Positions 49,690 through 60,452 of a stretch of 64,000 bases of DNA are shown here, in pieces (positions within the stretch are counted from its first letter, which is position 1; every line of letters begins with the position of its first letter). This DNA comes from Minisyncoccota bacterium. GTDB lineage: Bacteria; Patescibacteriota; Minisyncoccia; Phycocordibacterales; PALSA-1337. Below the pieces are notes generated by a model. The model searched no databases. It was given only the letters and a program-made list of their open reading frames with translations, and was not told the DNA's origin. The DNA is taken from the NCBI GenBank assembly GCA_041671485.1, contig JBAZBL010000005.1, forward strand, positions 19,296-83,295, in the 5' to 3' direction. Made by a program: the position numbers and the translations under genes.

Positions 49690-51909
49690 ATGGCAAAAAA
49701 GAAGGACTTTGTTTTAAATCAAAAGAAAAATTTTGGAGGAATAAAAAGTGAAACATTGCGTGCAATATTCGCTATATTTTCTTTTCTTCTTACCCTCCTT
49801 TCTATCATGTCTGCTTTTGGGAAAGCTGGTATGGTAGGAGAATATTCATTTGTATTTTTATCAAGACTATTTGGCATAGGTTACTACCTCATACCTATTA
49901 TATTGATAATGATGGGTATTGCTTCTTTGCGTGGTATAGATAAAAAGTTTGGTCTACTAAAGACTGGAAGTGCCTTTGTATTTTTTGTATCTGGTCTAGG
50001 ATTGATACATGTGATCAGTAACAATTCTGGTGGAATCGTAGGAAAGTGGATATCTATTCCCTTTTTGAAATTGATAGATATTTGGGCAACAACAGCACTC
50101 TTGCTTGCTCTTGCAATAGCTTGTGTATTTGTAATATTTGAGGCACATATTACAGGAGAACAATTGAAATTCTGGAAATGGTTCAAAAGACAAGAAAATA
50201 AGATAAATACAGAAATTGATGAAAGGGAGGAAGAGAAAGTCAAACAAGCAATGATGTCAATTGATGGTATCAAAACCAATCCATCTGTTCAGCAAGGAAC
50301 AGAAAACAATAAAATGCAGATCAAAAAAGGAGATAAGATTGATTTTGATGATAGTGGATTTACTCTCGTCACACAAGCACCACTCTTGAGGCCATTCAAT
50401 CCACCTCCTCTTTCCCTTTTGGAAAAAGATAGTGGCAAACCAGAAACTGGAGATATAAAAGCGAATGCAAATATAATAAAGCGAACACTACAGAACTTTG
50501 GTATTACAGTTGAAATGGATGAAATATCTATAGGTCCATCTGTAACTAGATATGCTCTAAAGCCAGCTGAAGGAGTGAAGCTATCCCGCATAGTAGCATT
50601 GAACAATGACCTATCTCTCGCCCTTGCTGCTCATCCTATCAGGATAGAGGCTCCTATACCCGGAAAATCTTTGGTTGGTATAGAAGTACCAAATACAGCA
50701 AAAACTACCGTTGGTCTAGCCACCATTCTTGGATCATCCAATTTCAAGGATTCAGAAAAGCCACTCCTTGTATCACTAGGCAAAGATATAACTGGACTAG
50801 CTCATTTCTGCAATCTAGGGAAAGCACCTCATATGTTGATAGCGGGCGCTACTGGTTCGGGCAAATCTGTTGCTATTCATGCACTTATAACTTCACTTCT
50901 TTATCGCAATTCACCAGACAATCTCAAATTGATACTGATCGATCCAAAGCGCGTAGAATTGACCATGTACAATAAGATTCCACATCTACTTACTCCTGTC
51001 ATAACAGATCCAAAGAAAGCAATTCTTGCTTTAAAGTGGGCCGCGAAAGAGATGAGCAGGCGTTATGATGTATTAGAAAAGAATGCGGCTAGAGACATTG
51101 ATTCATATCATAGAAATATATTGATACCAGCAATCAAAAAAAATAGCAATTCTGATTCATCTTCTCTACCGGAGACAATGCCATATATTGCGATCATAAT
51201 AGATGAGCTTGCAGATATAATGCAGGCATATCCACGAGAATTGGAATCTGCAATAGTTCGTCTAGCACAAATGAGTCGAGCAGTAGGTATCCATCTCGTA
51301 CTTTCGACACAAAGACCAAGTGTCAATGTAATCACGGGTCTTATAAAAGCTAATATTCCGACACGTGTAGCAATGCAAGTCGCTTCACAGATAGATTCTA
51401 GGACAATACTAGACCAAATGGGTGCTGAAAAGCTTCTAGGTGCTGGAGACATGCTGTACTTGGGCGCAGAAATGTCCAAACCAATCAGATTGCAATCTGC
51501 CTTTATTTCAGAGACCGAAGTCAAACACGTAGTAAAATATCTTGCCGATCAATACAGAGATGAAATTATGAGTGAGATCAATCTCACACCAGGAGATGGA
51601 TCAATGCCTGCTAGTGGAGCTGTATTCGATGCTATGCTTGATTCAGAATCATTGGATGATGGTGATGGTGATGATCTGTACGAAGGGGCTCGTGAAGTAG
51701 TATTGGCGGCTGGAAAGGCATCTACATCATATCTACAGAGAAAGCTTGGTGTTGGCTATTCAAGGGCTGCCAAACTCATGGATATGCTAGAGGAGAAAGG
51801 AGTCATAGGTCCTGCAAACGGTTCCAAACCCAGAGACGTAATGGGTGTATCAGAAGAAAATATAGAAACAAATGCAATTGACTCGGACGACAATACAGAG
51901 ACTGTTTAA
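49690..51909 (+). CDS. ftsK: DNA translocase FtsK/SpoIIIE
   Basis: N-terminal TM domain, motor domain with Walker A GATGSGKSV, and a C-terminal gamma-like domain. Confidence 0.9.
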   Translation: MAKKKDFVLNQKKNFGGIKSETLRAIFAIFSFLLTLLSIMSAFGKAGMVGEYSFVFLSRLFGIGYYLIPIILIMMGIASLRGIDKKFGLLKTGSAFVFFVSGLGLIHVISNNSGGIVGKWISIPFLKLIDIWATTALLLALAIACVFVIFEAHITGEQLKFWKWFKRQENKINTEIDEREEEKVKQAMMSIDGIKTNPSVQQGTENNKMQIKKGDKIDFDDSGFTLVTQAPLLRPFNPPPLSLLEKDSGKPETGDIKANANIIKRTLQNFGITVEMDEISIGPSVTRYALKPAEGVKLSRIVALNNDLSLALAAHPIRIEAPIPGKSLVGIEVPNTAKTTVGLATILGSSNFKDSEKPLLVSLGKDITGLAHFCNLGKAPHMLIAGATGSGKSVAIHALITSLLYRNSPDNLKLILIDPKRVELTMYNKIPHLLTPVITDPKKAILALKWAAKEMSRRYDVLEKNAARDIDSYHRNILIPAIKKNSNSDSSSLPETMPYIAIIIDELADIMQAYPRELESAIVRLAQMSRAVGIHLVLSTQRPSVNVITGLIKANIPTRVAMQVASQIDSRTILDQMGAEKLLGAGDMLYLGAEMSKPIRLQSAFISETEVKHVVKYLADQYRDEIMSEINLTPGDGSMPASGAVFDAMLDSESLDDGDGDDLYEGAREVVLAAGKASTSYLQRKLGVGYSRAAKLMDMLEEKGVIGPANGSKPRDVMGVSEENIETNAIDSDDNTETV

Positions 51910-52228
51910 AATATTGCTAGTAGCATTGATTGCTATTTTGATAATTTCTTATGCAATTTGGCGTTCTTCTGACTATACACGTGGACCATCGATCAATGTC
52001 TTCTGGCCACAAGATGGTAGAGAAGCAACTTCTTCGACAATACAAATAATAGGTCAGGCAAAAAGAATAAATCAAATATCATTAAATGGTAAACAAATAT
52101 CAATAGATGAAGATGGTAATTTTAAAGAGACTATTATTATCTTCTCTGGCCTGAATTGGATAACACTTCATGTGAATGACAGATTTGGAAGAGATTTGAC
52201 TCAACAAATTAGAATTGTTGGCAAATAA
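51872..52228 (+). CDS. hypothetical small membrane-anchored protein
   Basis: 118-aa ORF overlapping the ftsK 3' end. TM then soluble domain. Confidence 0.3.
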   Translation: MQLTRTTIQRLFKILLVALIAILIISYAIWRSSDYTRGPSINVFWPQDGREATSSTIQIIGQAKRINQISLNGKQISIDEDGNFKETIIIFSGLNWITLHVNDRFGRDLTQQIRIVGK

Positions 52229-52318
52229 GTGCAACACATTTTTGTATCATCTTCAATCTTGCGCTCTTTACTATTCACGTTACAATTAGATTGCAAATCA
52301 TTAATATAATATACATAT

Positions 52319-53332
52319 ATGAGCAATAAGAAAGTCAAAGAAAGTGTCACAAGATCGAGTGATGGTGTCGAGAGTGCACTAGATGCTATACGAAGCAAAT
52401 TTGGTGATGAAGCTATAATGAAGCTCGGTGACAAGCCGAAGGTAAATGTTGGAGCAATACCCAGTGGTTCTATAGGACTAGACTGGGCACTTGGTATTGG
52501 TGGTTTCCCTCGTGGTCGCATTATCGAAATATTTGGTCCAGAATCCTCTGGCAAAACCACACTTGCTCTTCATGCTGTGGCTGAAGCACAAAAAAATGGT
52601 GGGATTTGCGCTTATATTGATGCAGAACATGCTATGGATCCAGATTACGCTAGGAAGATAGGAGTCAAGATTGATGACCTCCTCATATCACAACCAGATA
52701 CAGGAGAACAAGCGCTAGAGATAGTAGAGAGCTTGGTGAGGACAGGCAAGATGGATATCATAACTATAGACTCTGTAGCTGCCCTTACTCCAAAAGCAGA
52801 AATTGAAGGCGATATGGGTGCGCATCATATTGGTGCACAAGCAAGACTAATGTCCCAAGCTTTGCGCAAACTTACCGCTATTGTAGCCAAATCAAAAACA
52901 GTAATTATATTTATAAATCAGATCCGAATGCAAATAGGTGTCATGTTTGGCAATCCAGAGACTACACCAGGAGGTAAGGCTTTGAAATTTTATGCTTCAG
53001 TTCGCCTTGATATACGTCGAATAGCACAGATCAAGAAAGGTGAAGAGACCATGGGTGGTCGTGTACGTGTCAAAGTTGTCAAAAACAAAGTAGCATCTCC
53101 ATTCAAGCAAACAGAATTTGATCTTATGTACAATGAAGGAATTTCCCAAGAAGGTGAAGTTATCGCCCTCGGAGAAAAGTACGAAATACTTCAAAAGTCT
53201 GGTTCTTCATACGCATTTGGCGAAGTTAAACTTGGCCGAGGATATGATGCTACTCGCCAATTCCTAAAAGAAAATCCAAATGTCTTGAAAGATATCCTAG
53301 GAAAGATCCGAGCAAAACTGAACGAGCAATAA
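52319..53332 (+). CDS. recA: recombinase RecA
   Basis: [20 protein letters not shown]...[10 protein letters not shown]...[20 protein letters not shown]. Confidence 0.95.
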   Translation: MSNKKVKESVTRSSDGVESALDAIRSKFGDEAIMKLGDKPKVNVGAIPSGSIGLDWALGIGGFPRGRIIEIFGPESSGKTTLALHAVAEAQKNGGICAYIDAEHAMDPDYARKIGVKIDDLLISQPDTGEQALEIVESLVRTGKMDIITIDSVAALTPKAEIEGDMGAHHIGAQARLMSQALRKLTAIVAKSKTVIIFINQIRMQIGVMFGNPETTPGGKALKFYASVRLDIRRIAQIKKGEETMGGRVRVKVVKNKVASPFKQTEFDLMYNEGISQEGEVIALGEKYEILQKSGSSYAFGEVKLGRGYDATRQFLKENPNVLKDILGKIRAKLNEQ

Positions 53333-53388
53333 AGACATAAATCCATACTAATTCTTGCTATTTACCAAAGTGATGGTAGACTATTTTT

Positions 53389-53961
53389 ATGTCATTACTC
53401 GAATACAATGAAATAACAGAAAAGAAATTCATAGTTTTGGACGGTCAACCATATGAGGTTATTTCTTCACATGTATTTCGCAAACAACAAAGAAAGCCCG
53501 TCAATGCAACCAAGCTCAAAAATCTGATGAGTGGCAAGGTCACAGAATACTCCTTCCACCAGTCAGAAAAAGTAGAGGAAGCCGAGATTGATTCTAGAGA
53601 GATAAAATATTTGTACAATAATCGTGGAAAATGGTGGTTCTCCGAAATAGACAACCCTTCCAAACGTTTCGAGGTTTCCGATGAATCTATAGGCCCGCAA
53701 GGTCATTACTTGAAAGTAAATACCGTCATAAAACAACTACTCTTCCAAGAAAAGCCTATGGGTTTCCAATTCCCCATTGCCGTAGAGCTCAAAGTGACAG
53801 ATGCACCACCAAGTATCAAAGGCGATACAGCAACAGGGGGTCAGAAAACTGTTACTGTAGAAACAGGTACCACAGTCAATGTTCCCCTATTTGTAAATGA
53901 GGGTGATACGATCAAGATCAATACCGAAACAGGAGAATACAGAGAAAGAGTAAATAAATAA
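53389..53961 (+). CDS. efp: elongation factor P
   Basis: 190 aa with three OB/KOW-like domains. ...KPMGFQFPIAVELKVTDAPPSIKGDTATGGQKTVTVETG. Confidence 0.8.
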   Translation: MSLLEYNEITEKKFIVLDGQPYEVISSHVFRKQQRKPVNATKLKNLMSGKVTEYSFHQSEKVEEAEIDSREIKYLYNNRGKWWFSEIDNPSKRFEVSDESIGPQGHYLKVNTVIKQLLFQEKPMGFQFPIAVELKVTDAPPSIKGDTATGGQKTVTVETGTTVNVPLFVNEGDTIKINTETGEYRERVNK

Positions 53962-54171
53962 TCTATTTAATAACAAAAAAGTGAATATAATTTTCTTGAA
54001 TCGAGTACTGTTTGAGCGTAGTCATTCGACTAGTATTTCCCAAAAGACGAGGCTGTTTATGTCCGAGAGGCCGAGTCTTTTGTGGAAATACAGGAGAATG
54101 ACGCAAGCGAGTTACGCAGATTCAAGAAAATCATATTCACTTTTTTGTATTTTAACTAAATTACAAAATCA

Positions 54172-54375
54172 CTAACTTGCAACATACGGAAGCAAACCCA
54201 TAAATCTGGCTCGCTTTATTGCAGTTGCCAATTGTCTCTGATATTTTGCAGATATACCAGTTCTTTTCCTGCCTATCATCCTGCCGTGTGGATTTAGGAA
54301 TTTCCTTAAGATCTCTGTATCCTTGTAGTCTATATACTTGATATTATGCTGATTGAAATAACATTGTTTTTTCAT
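54172..54375 (-). CDS. rpsR: 30S ribosomal protein S18
   Basis: IDYKDTEILRKFLNPHGRMIGRKRTGISAKYQRQLATAIKRARFMGLLPY. Confidence 0.9.
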   Translation of the reverse strand: MKKQCYFNQHNIKYIDYKDTEILRKFLNPHGRMIGRKRTGISAKYQRQLATAIKRARFMGLLPYVAS

Positions 54376-54392
54376 GATATTTTATTTTATTC

Positions 54393-54869
54393 TTAAAAAG
54401 GTATATCGTCAGGATTAATTTCCTCTTGAGGATAATCTATCTTTTCACCACTCTTATCAGTATTGGTACTTGGAAGAGAACTGTCCCCCTCTTCTACAGC
54501 AGTCTTTGTACTCGGAGACGGAGAAGATGAGCTACTAGAAGATAGCTTCGGACCAAATTGGATATTATCTGCAATAATCTCGGTGCGATATTTCTTCTGC
54601 CCATCTTGAGCTTCCCAAGACCTAGTCTGGATACGACCTTCCACCAATATCTGTTGACCCTTTTTCATATATTGAGCGACAAGTTCACCCAAACGATCGA
54701 AGGCAGAAACATTGTGATACTCAACCATTTCCTGTTTTACACCTTCTTTATTTTTGAATATACGATTCGTTGCAACACCAAAACTTGCTACTTTACTCCC
54801 AGAAGGAAGTGCCTTGATCTCTGGATCACGCGTGAGATTGCCTATTACGAATACTTTATTTAGATACAT
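54393..54869 (-). CDS. ssb: single-stranded DNA-binding protein
   Basis: N-terminal OB fold MYLNKVFVIGNLTRDPE.., Ser-rich linker, and an acidic C-terminal DDIPF tail. Confidence 0.9.
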   Translation of the reverse strand: MYLNKVFVIGNLTRDPEIKALPSGSKVASFGVATNRIFKNKEGVKQEMVEYHNVSAFDRLGELVAQYMKKGQQILVEGRIQTRSWEAQDGQKKYRTEIIADNIQFGPKLSSSSSSSPSPSTKTAVEEGDSSLPSTNTDKSGEKIDYPQEEINPDDIPF

Positions 54870-54887
54870 ATTATTGTTGTTTTGTGA

Positions 54888-55433
54888 TTAAATAGCTTCT
54901 TTGACCATTTCATCGATACTTTTATCCATCTCTTCTACAGAAGCATGTTTTATTTCTTCTACTGGCTTCGAATCAGCTTCTACATTCCTAACTCTATTAT
55001 CCAATGTATTGGGCTTTTCTTCAATCGTCTTTTCATCTCTATTCCCAAATGAAGCAGCAATTGCCGACGCTCTCTTACCGAGATAGGTATTCTCGCGAAC
55101 AGTAGATGTGACGAGCGATCTCAAGACTGAAGGATGATTCTTGAAAGCATCTTTTATCTCTTCTATCTTGTCCGGCTCAATTTCAAATTTGAACCAGCCA
55201 AAATATGCTTCATCATATTTTTCATATGACCCAGAGACAGTTTTCTTGCGCATTGTATAGGCAAGACTTTCATGCCTAGGAGCTTCTTCGGCAATGAATA
55301 AGGCACCTACCTCTCTAATAATTGACCTTAGAGATTCTGTCTCATTTGCAATATTTTCTGTAGGTATTGAAGATGCTATGAGATAACTGATTTCGTACAC
55401 TGACAAATCCTCACTATTTTTGTTTTCGTTCAT
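54888..55433 (-). CDS. rpsF: 30S ribosomal protein S6 (with a C-terminal extension)
   Basis: YEISYLI...RHESLAYTM...FGWFKFEIEPDKIEEIKDAFKNHPSVLRSLV aligns to S6. Conserved rpsF-ssb-rpsR order. Confidence 0.75.
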   Translation of the reverse strand: MNENKNSEDLSVYEISYLIASSIPTENIANETESLRSIIREVGALFIAEEAPRHESLAYTMRKKTVSGSYEKYDEAYFGWFKFEIEPDKIEEIKDAFKNHPSVLRSLVTSTVRENTYLGKRASAIAASFGNRDEKTIEEKPNTLDNRVRNVEADSKPVEEIKHASVEEMDKSIDEMVKEAI

Positions 55434-55585
55434 GTATTTGTAACGGTCAGAAGCTTCTATTTTTCGAGAAGACCCTTTTATTTAGGGACTGACCGCGATT
55501 ACTTGTAATAGAACGAGGTTACCATGGTACTTCACTTCATGCAAGTGCGCGCCCCTACATGAAGATATTAGGATACTATCACAAA

Positions 55586-55651
55586 GAGATAAAATCCTGA
55601 TAAAATTCTCCTAAAATTTTGATAAAATTCTGCTGAAGAAACGATAAAATC
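55586..55651. repeat. Array of four phased GATAAAAT boxes (module copy 2), ~150-215 bp upstream of rpsF
   Basis: gaGATAAAATcctGATAAAATtctcctaaaattttGATAAAATtctgctgaagaaacGATAAAATc. Confidence 0.7.
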
Positions 55652-55719
55652 TCATACGCATTTTATCTAGAAATTTACCGAGCGAGTTACGCAGGATTCA
55701 AAATAATGTATTTGTGTCC

Positions 55720-56520
55720 CTAAATAATATGAAAGAATTTAATAGTATTTCTCAATAATTGAGCACGAACAATTTCCTCATCCTCTCCACGAATACTTGC
55801 AATTGCTTTTGCAGTTTCTATAACAAAACTTGGCTCATTCCTTTTGCCCCTATGAGGTATTGGTGCAACAAATGGGCAATCAGTCTCAACCATAACCCTG
55901 TCTATCGGAACATATTTGATCAATTCATCATAATCATGAGTAAATGTGATGACTCCAGTGAATGAGACAAAGCCACCAATATCTAAAATATCTTGAAGAT
56001 CTTTTTTATTGCCTGCAAAGAAGTGGAAATTAAAACCAACTTTTGCAGTCTTTTTTAATATTTCAATGGATTCTTGATAAGCATTAGTGCCATCTTTACT
56101 GCTCCTTGTATGGAGCATCAATGGTTTATCTAGCTCATTGGCAATATTTATCTGCTTATTGAATATTTCTCTTTGCATGGCCATATCTTCTGGCTTTGAA
56201 TGAAAATAATCCAAGCCACACTCTCCTATACCTAATACCCTATTATTATTCGCCAATTTTTTAATCACTACAGATGCCTGACTCGCGTATTCATCATGAT
56301 CATTGTTTGTCTCCGTAGGATGAATACCCACTACTGCCCAAATATCATCGTTCAACTCTGCCAAATTGACTGCCTTATTCGATGATTTGAGATCTGTACC
56401 AATAGTGATCATACCTACATTCAGATTTCGAGATCGTTCAATAACTTGATCACGATCATTATCATAATCAGTAAAGTTCAAATGCCCGTGAGCATCTATA
56501 AATTTCAATTTTGATTGCAT
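55720..56520 (-). CDS. tatD: TatD-family metal-dependent hydrolase/DNase
   Basis: FIDAHGHLNF...GECGLDY...ETDCPF. Confidence 0.85.
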   Translation of the reverse strand: MQSKLKFIDAHGHLNFTDYDNDRDQVIERSRNLNVGMITIGTDLKSSNKAVNLAELNDDIWAVVGIHPTETNNDHDEYASQASVVIKKLANNNRVLGIGECGLDYFHSKPEDMAMQREIFNKQINIANELDKPLMLHTRSSKDGTNAYQESIEILKKTAKVGFNFHFFAGNKKDLQDILDIGGFVSFTGVITFTHDYDELIKYVPIDRVMVETDCPFVAPIPHRGKRNEPSFVIETAKAIASIRGEDEEIVRAQLLRNTIKFFHII

Positions 56521-56553
56521 AAATAATTACTTGGATTATTTGGAAAATCTGCT

Positions 56554-58059
56554 CTATTTCCTAATAAATAGTGGTTGCTCTGGCATTTTACCATTCTTGA
56601 CTAGATCAATGATTGTCTCTCCTGTCTTTGGTAATATTGGTAACAATAGATTGCCTATAATATCTAAGAATGCCAATAATTCTTGTATATCTTTGATTGC
56701 ATTTTCTCTATCAACCTTAATCTTTTTGAATGGTTCTCTTTCTTGAACAATTTTATCAGCGATTGAAACCAGACTCCAGACAGCATTTGCAGATTTTTGT
56801 AGATTAAATTCATCGAAACCATCTGCATATTCTTCATATGCAACAATAACTTCTGGCAATTTCTTCACAACTTCGATCAATTTTTCATCAAAATCAATAA
56901 TATTAACTGTTGCCATTTTCATAACTCTAGAGACCAAATTACCCAGACCATTTGCCAAATGTGCATTGTATGCTTCTTCAAATTTCTCAATAGTAAATGC
57001 ACTATCTTCAAATGGATGCAATTCACGTATAACAAAGTATCTCAAAGCATCAGTACCATACTTTTTTACCAATTCAAAAGGATTGACAGTATTGCCGATT
57101 GATTTTGACATTTTGAGTCCTCCTTCCCCTGTGATAAAGCCATTTATAATTATTATCTTTGAAGGCGGTAGATCGGCTGCCATTAACATCGCTTGCCACA
57201 TTGCTGTTTGCTGACGCAAATTGTCTTTGCCACAGTATTGCACCATGCCACCCGTCTCTCTACACCATTTATCGAATGATCCATCAACTTTTAAATCATT
57301 TACTATATCATCTGGCCAGCCAATTGCAGATATATAGTTGATAAGAGCATCGAACCAAACATATATTACTTGTTTCTCATCTCCTGGCACAGGTATTCCC
57401 CATGGCATCTTGCTCGCCAATCGAGAAATACTAAAGTCTTCGATCCCTCGCTCGACGAATGATCTTATCTCATGAAGTCTAGATTCTGGTATAACGAAAG
57501 TAGTATGATCATTGTTTTCTAAGTTTTTGCTGTAAAGTTCGAGCAACTTTTCTTGAAAAGCACTAAATTTGAAGAAATAGTTTTCTTCTTCTATAGTCTC
57601 CAATTCTTGTATAGGATGCAATGGACATTTACCATCAACTAGTTCTGACTCGGTCTTCTCTAGTTCGCAACCAACACAATATTTCACAGAATAATTTTTC
57701 TTATAAATATATCCATTTTTGTCTACTAGTTTCCAGAATTCCTGTGCCGCTTTGACATGATGTTCATCAGTGGTTCTTACAAAATTGATCTCCTGCATAA
57801 TGCCGAGTGCAGGTATAAGTTCTTTGAATTTCGTCGCATATTCATCAACATATTTCTGTGTATCTATACTTCTTCCTTGTGCATTTCTGTATATTTTGAG
57901 TCCATGTTCATCTGTACCAGTATTTAGAAATACATCATATCCTTCGATCTTTTTTTGTCTTGCAACGACATCGACTCTTATCAATTCCATAGCAAAACCG
58001 ATATGAGGATCGGAATTTACATATGGCAATGTTGTTGTGATATAGAAAGGCTTTTTCAT
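56554..58059 (-). CDS. metG: methionyl-tRNA synthetase (compact form)
   Basis: N-terminal HIGH-class P.YVNS.PHIGFA and KMSKS (LKMSKSIGNTVNP). Confidence 0.9.
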   Translation of the reverse strand: MKKPFYITTTLPYVNSDPHIGFAMELIRVDVVARQKKIEGYDVFLNTGTDEHGLKIYRNAQGRSIDTQKYVDEYATKFKELIPALGIMQEINFVRTTDEHHVKAAQEFWKLVDKNGYIYKKNYSVKYCVGCELEKTESELVDGKCPLHPIQELETIEEENYFFKFSAFQEKLLELYSKNLENNDHTTFVIPESRLHEIRSFVERGIEDFSISRLASKMPWGIPVPGDEKQVIYVWFDALINYISAIGWPDDIVNDLKVDGSFDKWCRETGGMVQYCGKDNLRQQTAMWQAMLMAADLPPSKIIIINGFITGEGGLKMSKSIGNTVNPFELVKKYGTDALRYFVIRELHPFEDSAFTIEKFEEAYNAHLANGLGNLVSRVMKMATVNIIDFDEKLIEVVKKLPEVIVAYEEYADGFDEFNLQKSANAVWSLVSIADKIVQEREPFKKIKVDRENAIKDIQELLAFLDIIGNLLLPILPKTGETIIDLVKNGKMPEQPLFIRK

Positions 58060-58073
58060 CTTGAAAATGATAA

Positions 58074-59153
58074 TTAGCTTACAATAACCTCCTTCTCTCC
58101 ACTTTTTCTCTTTTCTATATCAGATACATATTCCATGAGAGCTGCAGACAATGGTACTGCAACCAGTGCGCCAAGAACCCCTGCAAGTTTGAAACCGATG
58201 AGAAGTGCCAAAATGACTATGACAGGATTGACACCAATTATTTTTTTAGTGACTAGAGGAACTATAATATGATTTTCGAGCTGTTGAATGATGAAATACA
58301 ATACAGCAATCAAAATAGTTGTACTCAATCCTCTATCTGCAAAAGTAAGTAGTATGGCTGGTATTGAAGCAAGGATAGGTCCAAAGACCGGAACAATCTC
58401 TAGTAGGGCTGCAAGTACTGCTAGAGGTAAAGCATAAGGGATGCCAACTGCTCTTAGAGATATATAAACAAGAATACCTACTATCAATCCCAAAATAACT
58501 TGCCCTTGCAACCACAAACCAATCTTTCTCCTAGATCTCTTCCAAAGATTGATAATATAATCATGATGCCTTATTGGTGCTATGATCTGCAAGAAATCAT
58601 CTACCCCATCTTCTCTTATTGCAAGATAGAAAGATAAGACAAATATCAAAATGAGACTCAATGCTCCACCAAATATAACACTTGCCATATGGAAAGCACC
58701 TTCTCCAGAACCAATGAGTAATGACTGTACACCTGCTATAAAATCTTTGAGCAAAACTATTTTTCCTGTTGCCACCCCATCTGTAGTAGTAAATAAACCA
58801 GAATTCTCTATAGGACTCCATAGATCCGAAAGTGACATTGTTCTTGGTATATTATCAACAAATCTAATAGTCTCATCCATTACTGCTGGCACAAAAAATA
58901 CAAATAACATTGCCAATATTGATACAATGAGTACATATACAACAACAACGGCAGCAATCCTATTGAATTTGAGATAATGTCTGATACGTCTAACAACTGG
59001 CTCTATAGCAGATGCTATTACTACGGCCGCGATAACAACCAATACAATATCTCGAAGATAAAAAAGTATCAAAATTGTCAAAACTACAATGAAAAACCTG
59101 ATTATTGTACCCGTACTTATAGACACTGACTCTTTGCTTAAAGGGAGAGACAT
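58074..59153 (-). CDS. AI-2E family transporter (PerM/UPF0118)
   Basis: 8-TM protein. ...LENHIIVPLVTKKIIGVNPVIVILALLIG...VPLSAALMEYV. Confidence 0.75.
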   Translation of the reverse strand: MSLPLSKESVSISTGTIIRFFIVVLTILILFYLRDIVLVVIAAVVIASAIEPVVRRIRHYLKFNRIAAVVVVYVLIVSILAMLFVFFVPAVMDETIRFVDNIPRTMSLSDLWSPIENSGLFTTTDGVATGKIVLLKDFIAGVQSLLIGSGEGAFHMASVIFGGALSLILIFVLSFYLAIREDGVDDFLQIIAPIRHHDYIINLWKRSRRKIGLWLQGQVILGLIVGILVYISLRAVGIPYALPLAVLAALLEIVPVFGPILASIPAILLTFADRGLSTTILIAVLYFIIQQLENHIIVPLVTKKIIGVNPVIVILALLIGFKLAGVLGALVAVPLSAALMEYVSDIEKRKSGEKEVIVS

Positions 59154-60403
59154 GACTTTATTGTATCATGTTTAGTTTTGCCAATAAGAGCCATATTTAA
59201 CTTATCATTCACAAATATTTCTCTGGCCAAATCACGAACTTGTTCAGCAGTAACTGCATTGATTTTTTCTATCAATTCTTCGGGACTCTCTATCTTTTTC
59301 TTCAAGATTTCTTGATATCCGAGAAATTCTGCCCTAGCATCAGAAGTCTCCAACTCCAACATTGTTGTTCCACCAATATAGTCCTTTGCTTTCTTGATTT
59401 CATCTTGTGGTACAAGATCATCACGAAGACGTTTGCATTCCTCCAATATCCCTTTTATTCCTTTTTCAACCCTTGAATTGTCAACGCCAGCAACAATAGA
59501 CAATATTCCATGGTCTGTAAAAGCATCATGATCTGCTTTTATGTAATAGCATATTCCCAAGTTATCTCGCATTTTGGAGAATAGGCGCGAACTCATCCCT
59601 CTCCCCAAAATAGTTGATAATACATTTATGATAGGGATTCTAGGATCATTTATCGGGAATGTTCTCATTCCTATCACAAGATGTGTTTGATCTGTTTCCT
59701 TCTCTACTATCTTTATCTGTGGAGATGATTGTGATTCTTTGACTCCGAGCTTTGGATATTTATCATTTGTTGGAATCTTGGCAAAAAAATCTTCAATCAT
59801 TTTAACAATAGATGATTCTATGAATGAACCAGAAACAACTACAGTCGTAGCATTTGCAACATAATGTTTGTTGCGATAGTCGACGAGTTGTTCGCGAGTA
59901 AAAGCGCGTACATTGTCCTCTGAACCTGCGATATTCCATCCAGCAGGTTGATCACCATATAGAAGCTCCATAAATACATCCTGAACTTTTCTCTGTGGGA
60001 GATCATTGTACATGCGTATTTCTTCTATGATCACTCCCTTTTCCTTTTGCATCTCATTTATATCAAAGATTGGATTCTGATACATATCAGAAACAATATC
60101 TAAAATATTTGAAAGGTGTTTCTTATCTGCTTTGGCATAATATCCAGTGAATTCGTGCGATGTAAAAGCATTATAATGAGCACCTATAGAATCCAATTCT
60201 CTAGATATATCACTAGCTTTTGGCCTCCTAGATGAACCCTTGAAGACCATATGTTCTAGGAAATGAGAAATGCCATTGTTCTCTCTTTTCTCATATTTGG
60301 AGCCCGCCTCAACCATCACAAGAACTGTGATAGCAGGATTGTCAGGCATCGGCACGGTGATAACTCGCAGGCCATTTTTTAGTGTTATTTTCTTGAATTT
60401 CAT
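59138..60403 (-). CDS. M16-family (pitrilysin/insulinase-like) zinc peptidase
   Basis: HxxEH inverted zincin motif GISHFLEHMVFKGS. 421 aa. Confidence 0.85.
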   Translation of the reverse strand: MKFKKITLKNGLRVITVPMPDNPAITVLVMVEAGSKYEKRENNGISHFLEHMVFKGSSRRPKASDISRELDSIGAHYNAFTSHEFTGYYAKADKKHLSNILDIVSDMYQNPIFDINEMQKEKGVIIEEIRMYNDLPQRKVQDVFMELLYGDQPAGWNIAGSEDNVRAFTREQLVDYRNKHYVANATTVVVSGSFIESSIVKMIEDFFAKIPTNDKYPKLGVKESQSSPQIKIVEKETDQTHLVIGMRTFPINDPRIPIINVLSTILGRGMSSRLFSKMRDNLGICYYIKADHDAFTDHGILSIVAGVDNSRVEKGIKGILEECKRLRDDLVPQDEIKKAKDYIGGTTMLELETSDARAEFLGYQEILKKKIESPEELIEKINAVTAEQVRDLAREIFVNDKLNMALIGKTKHDTIKSCLSL

Positions 60404-60407
60404 AGCA

Positions 60408-60444
60408 TTTCGGAGGCCTCGCCTCGGAGGCGAGGCCTCCGAAA
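60408..60444. promoter_or_regulatory. perfect 31-nt GC-rich palindrome between the glyQS stop and the M16 peptidase start
   Basis: tttcggaggcctcgcctcggaggcgaggcctccgaaa. It lies 5 nt upstream of the M16 ATG and 9 nt downstream of the glyQS stop. No flanking U-run on either strand. Confidence 0.5.
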
Positions 60445-60452
60445 CCTAAAAT

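Noticed and set aside
39705-55651. GATAAAAT arrays as oriC/DnaA-box clusters
   Set aside because: No dnaA/dnaN/gyrB or AT-rich DNA-unwinding element lies nearby, there are two copies 16 kb apart, and both are positioned upstream of promoters. Operator/UP-element is the more likely role, though the iteron idea is not fully excluded.
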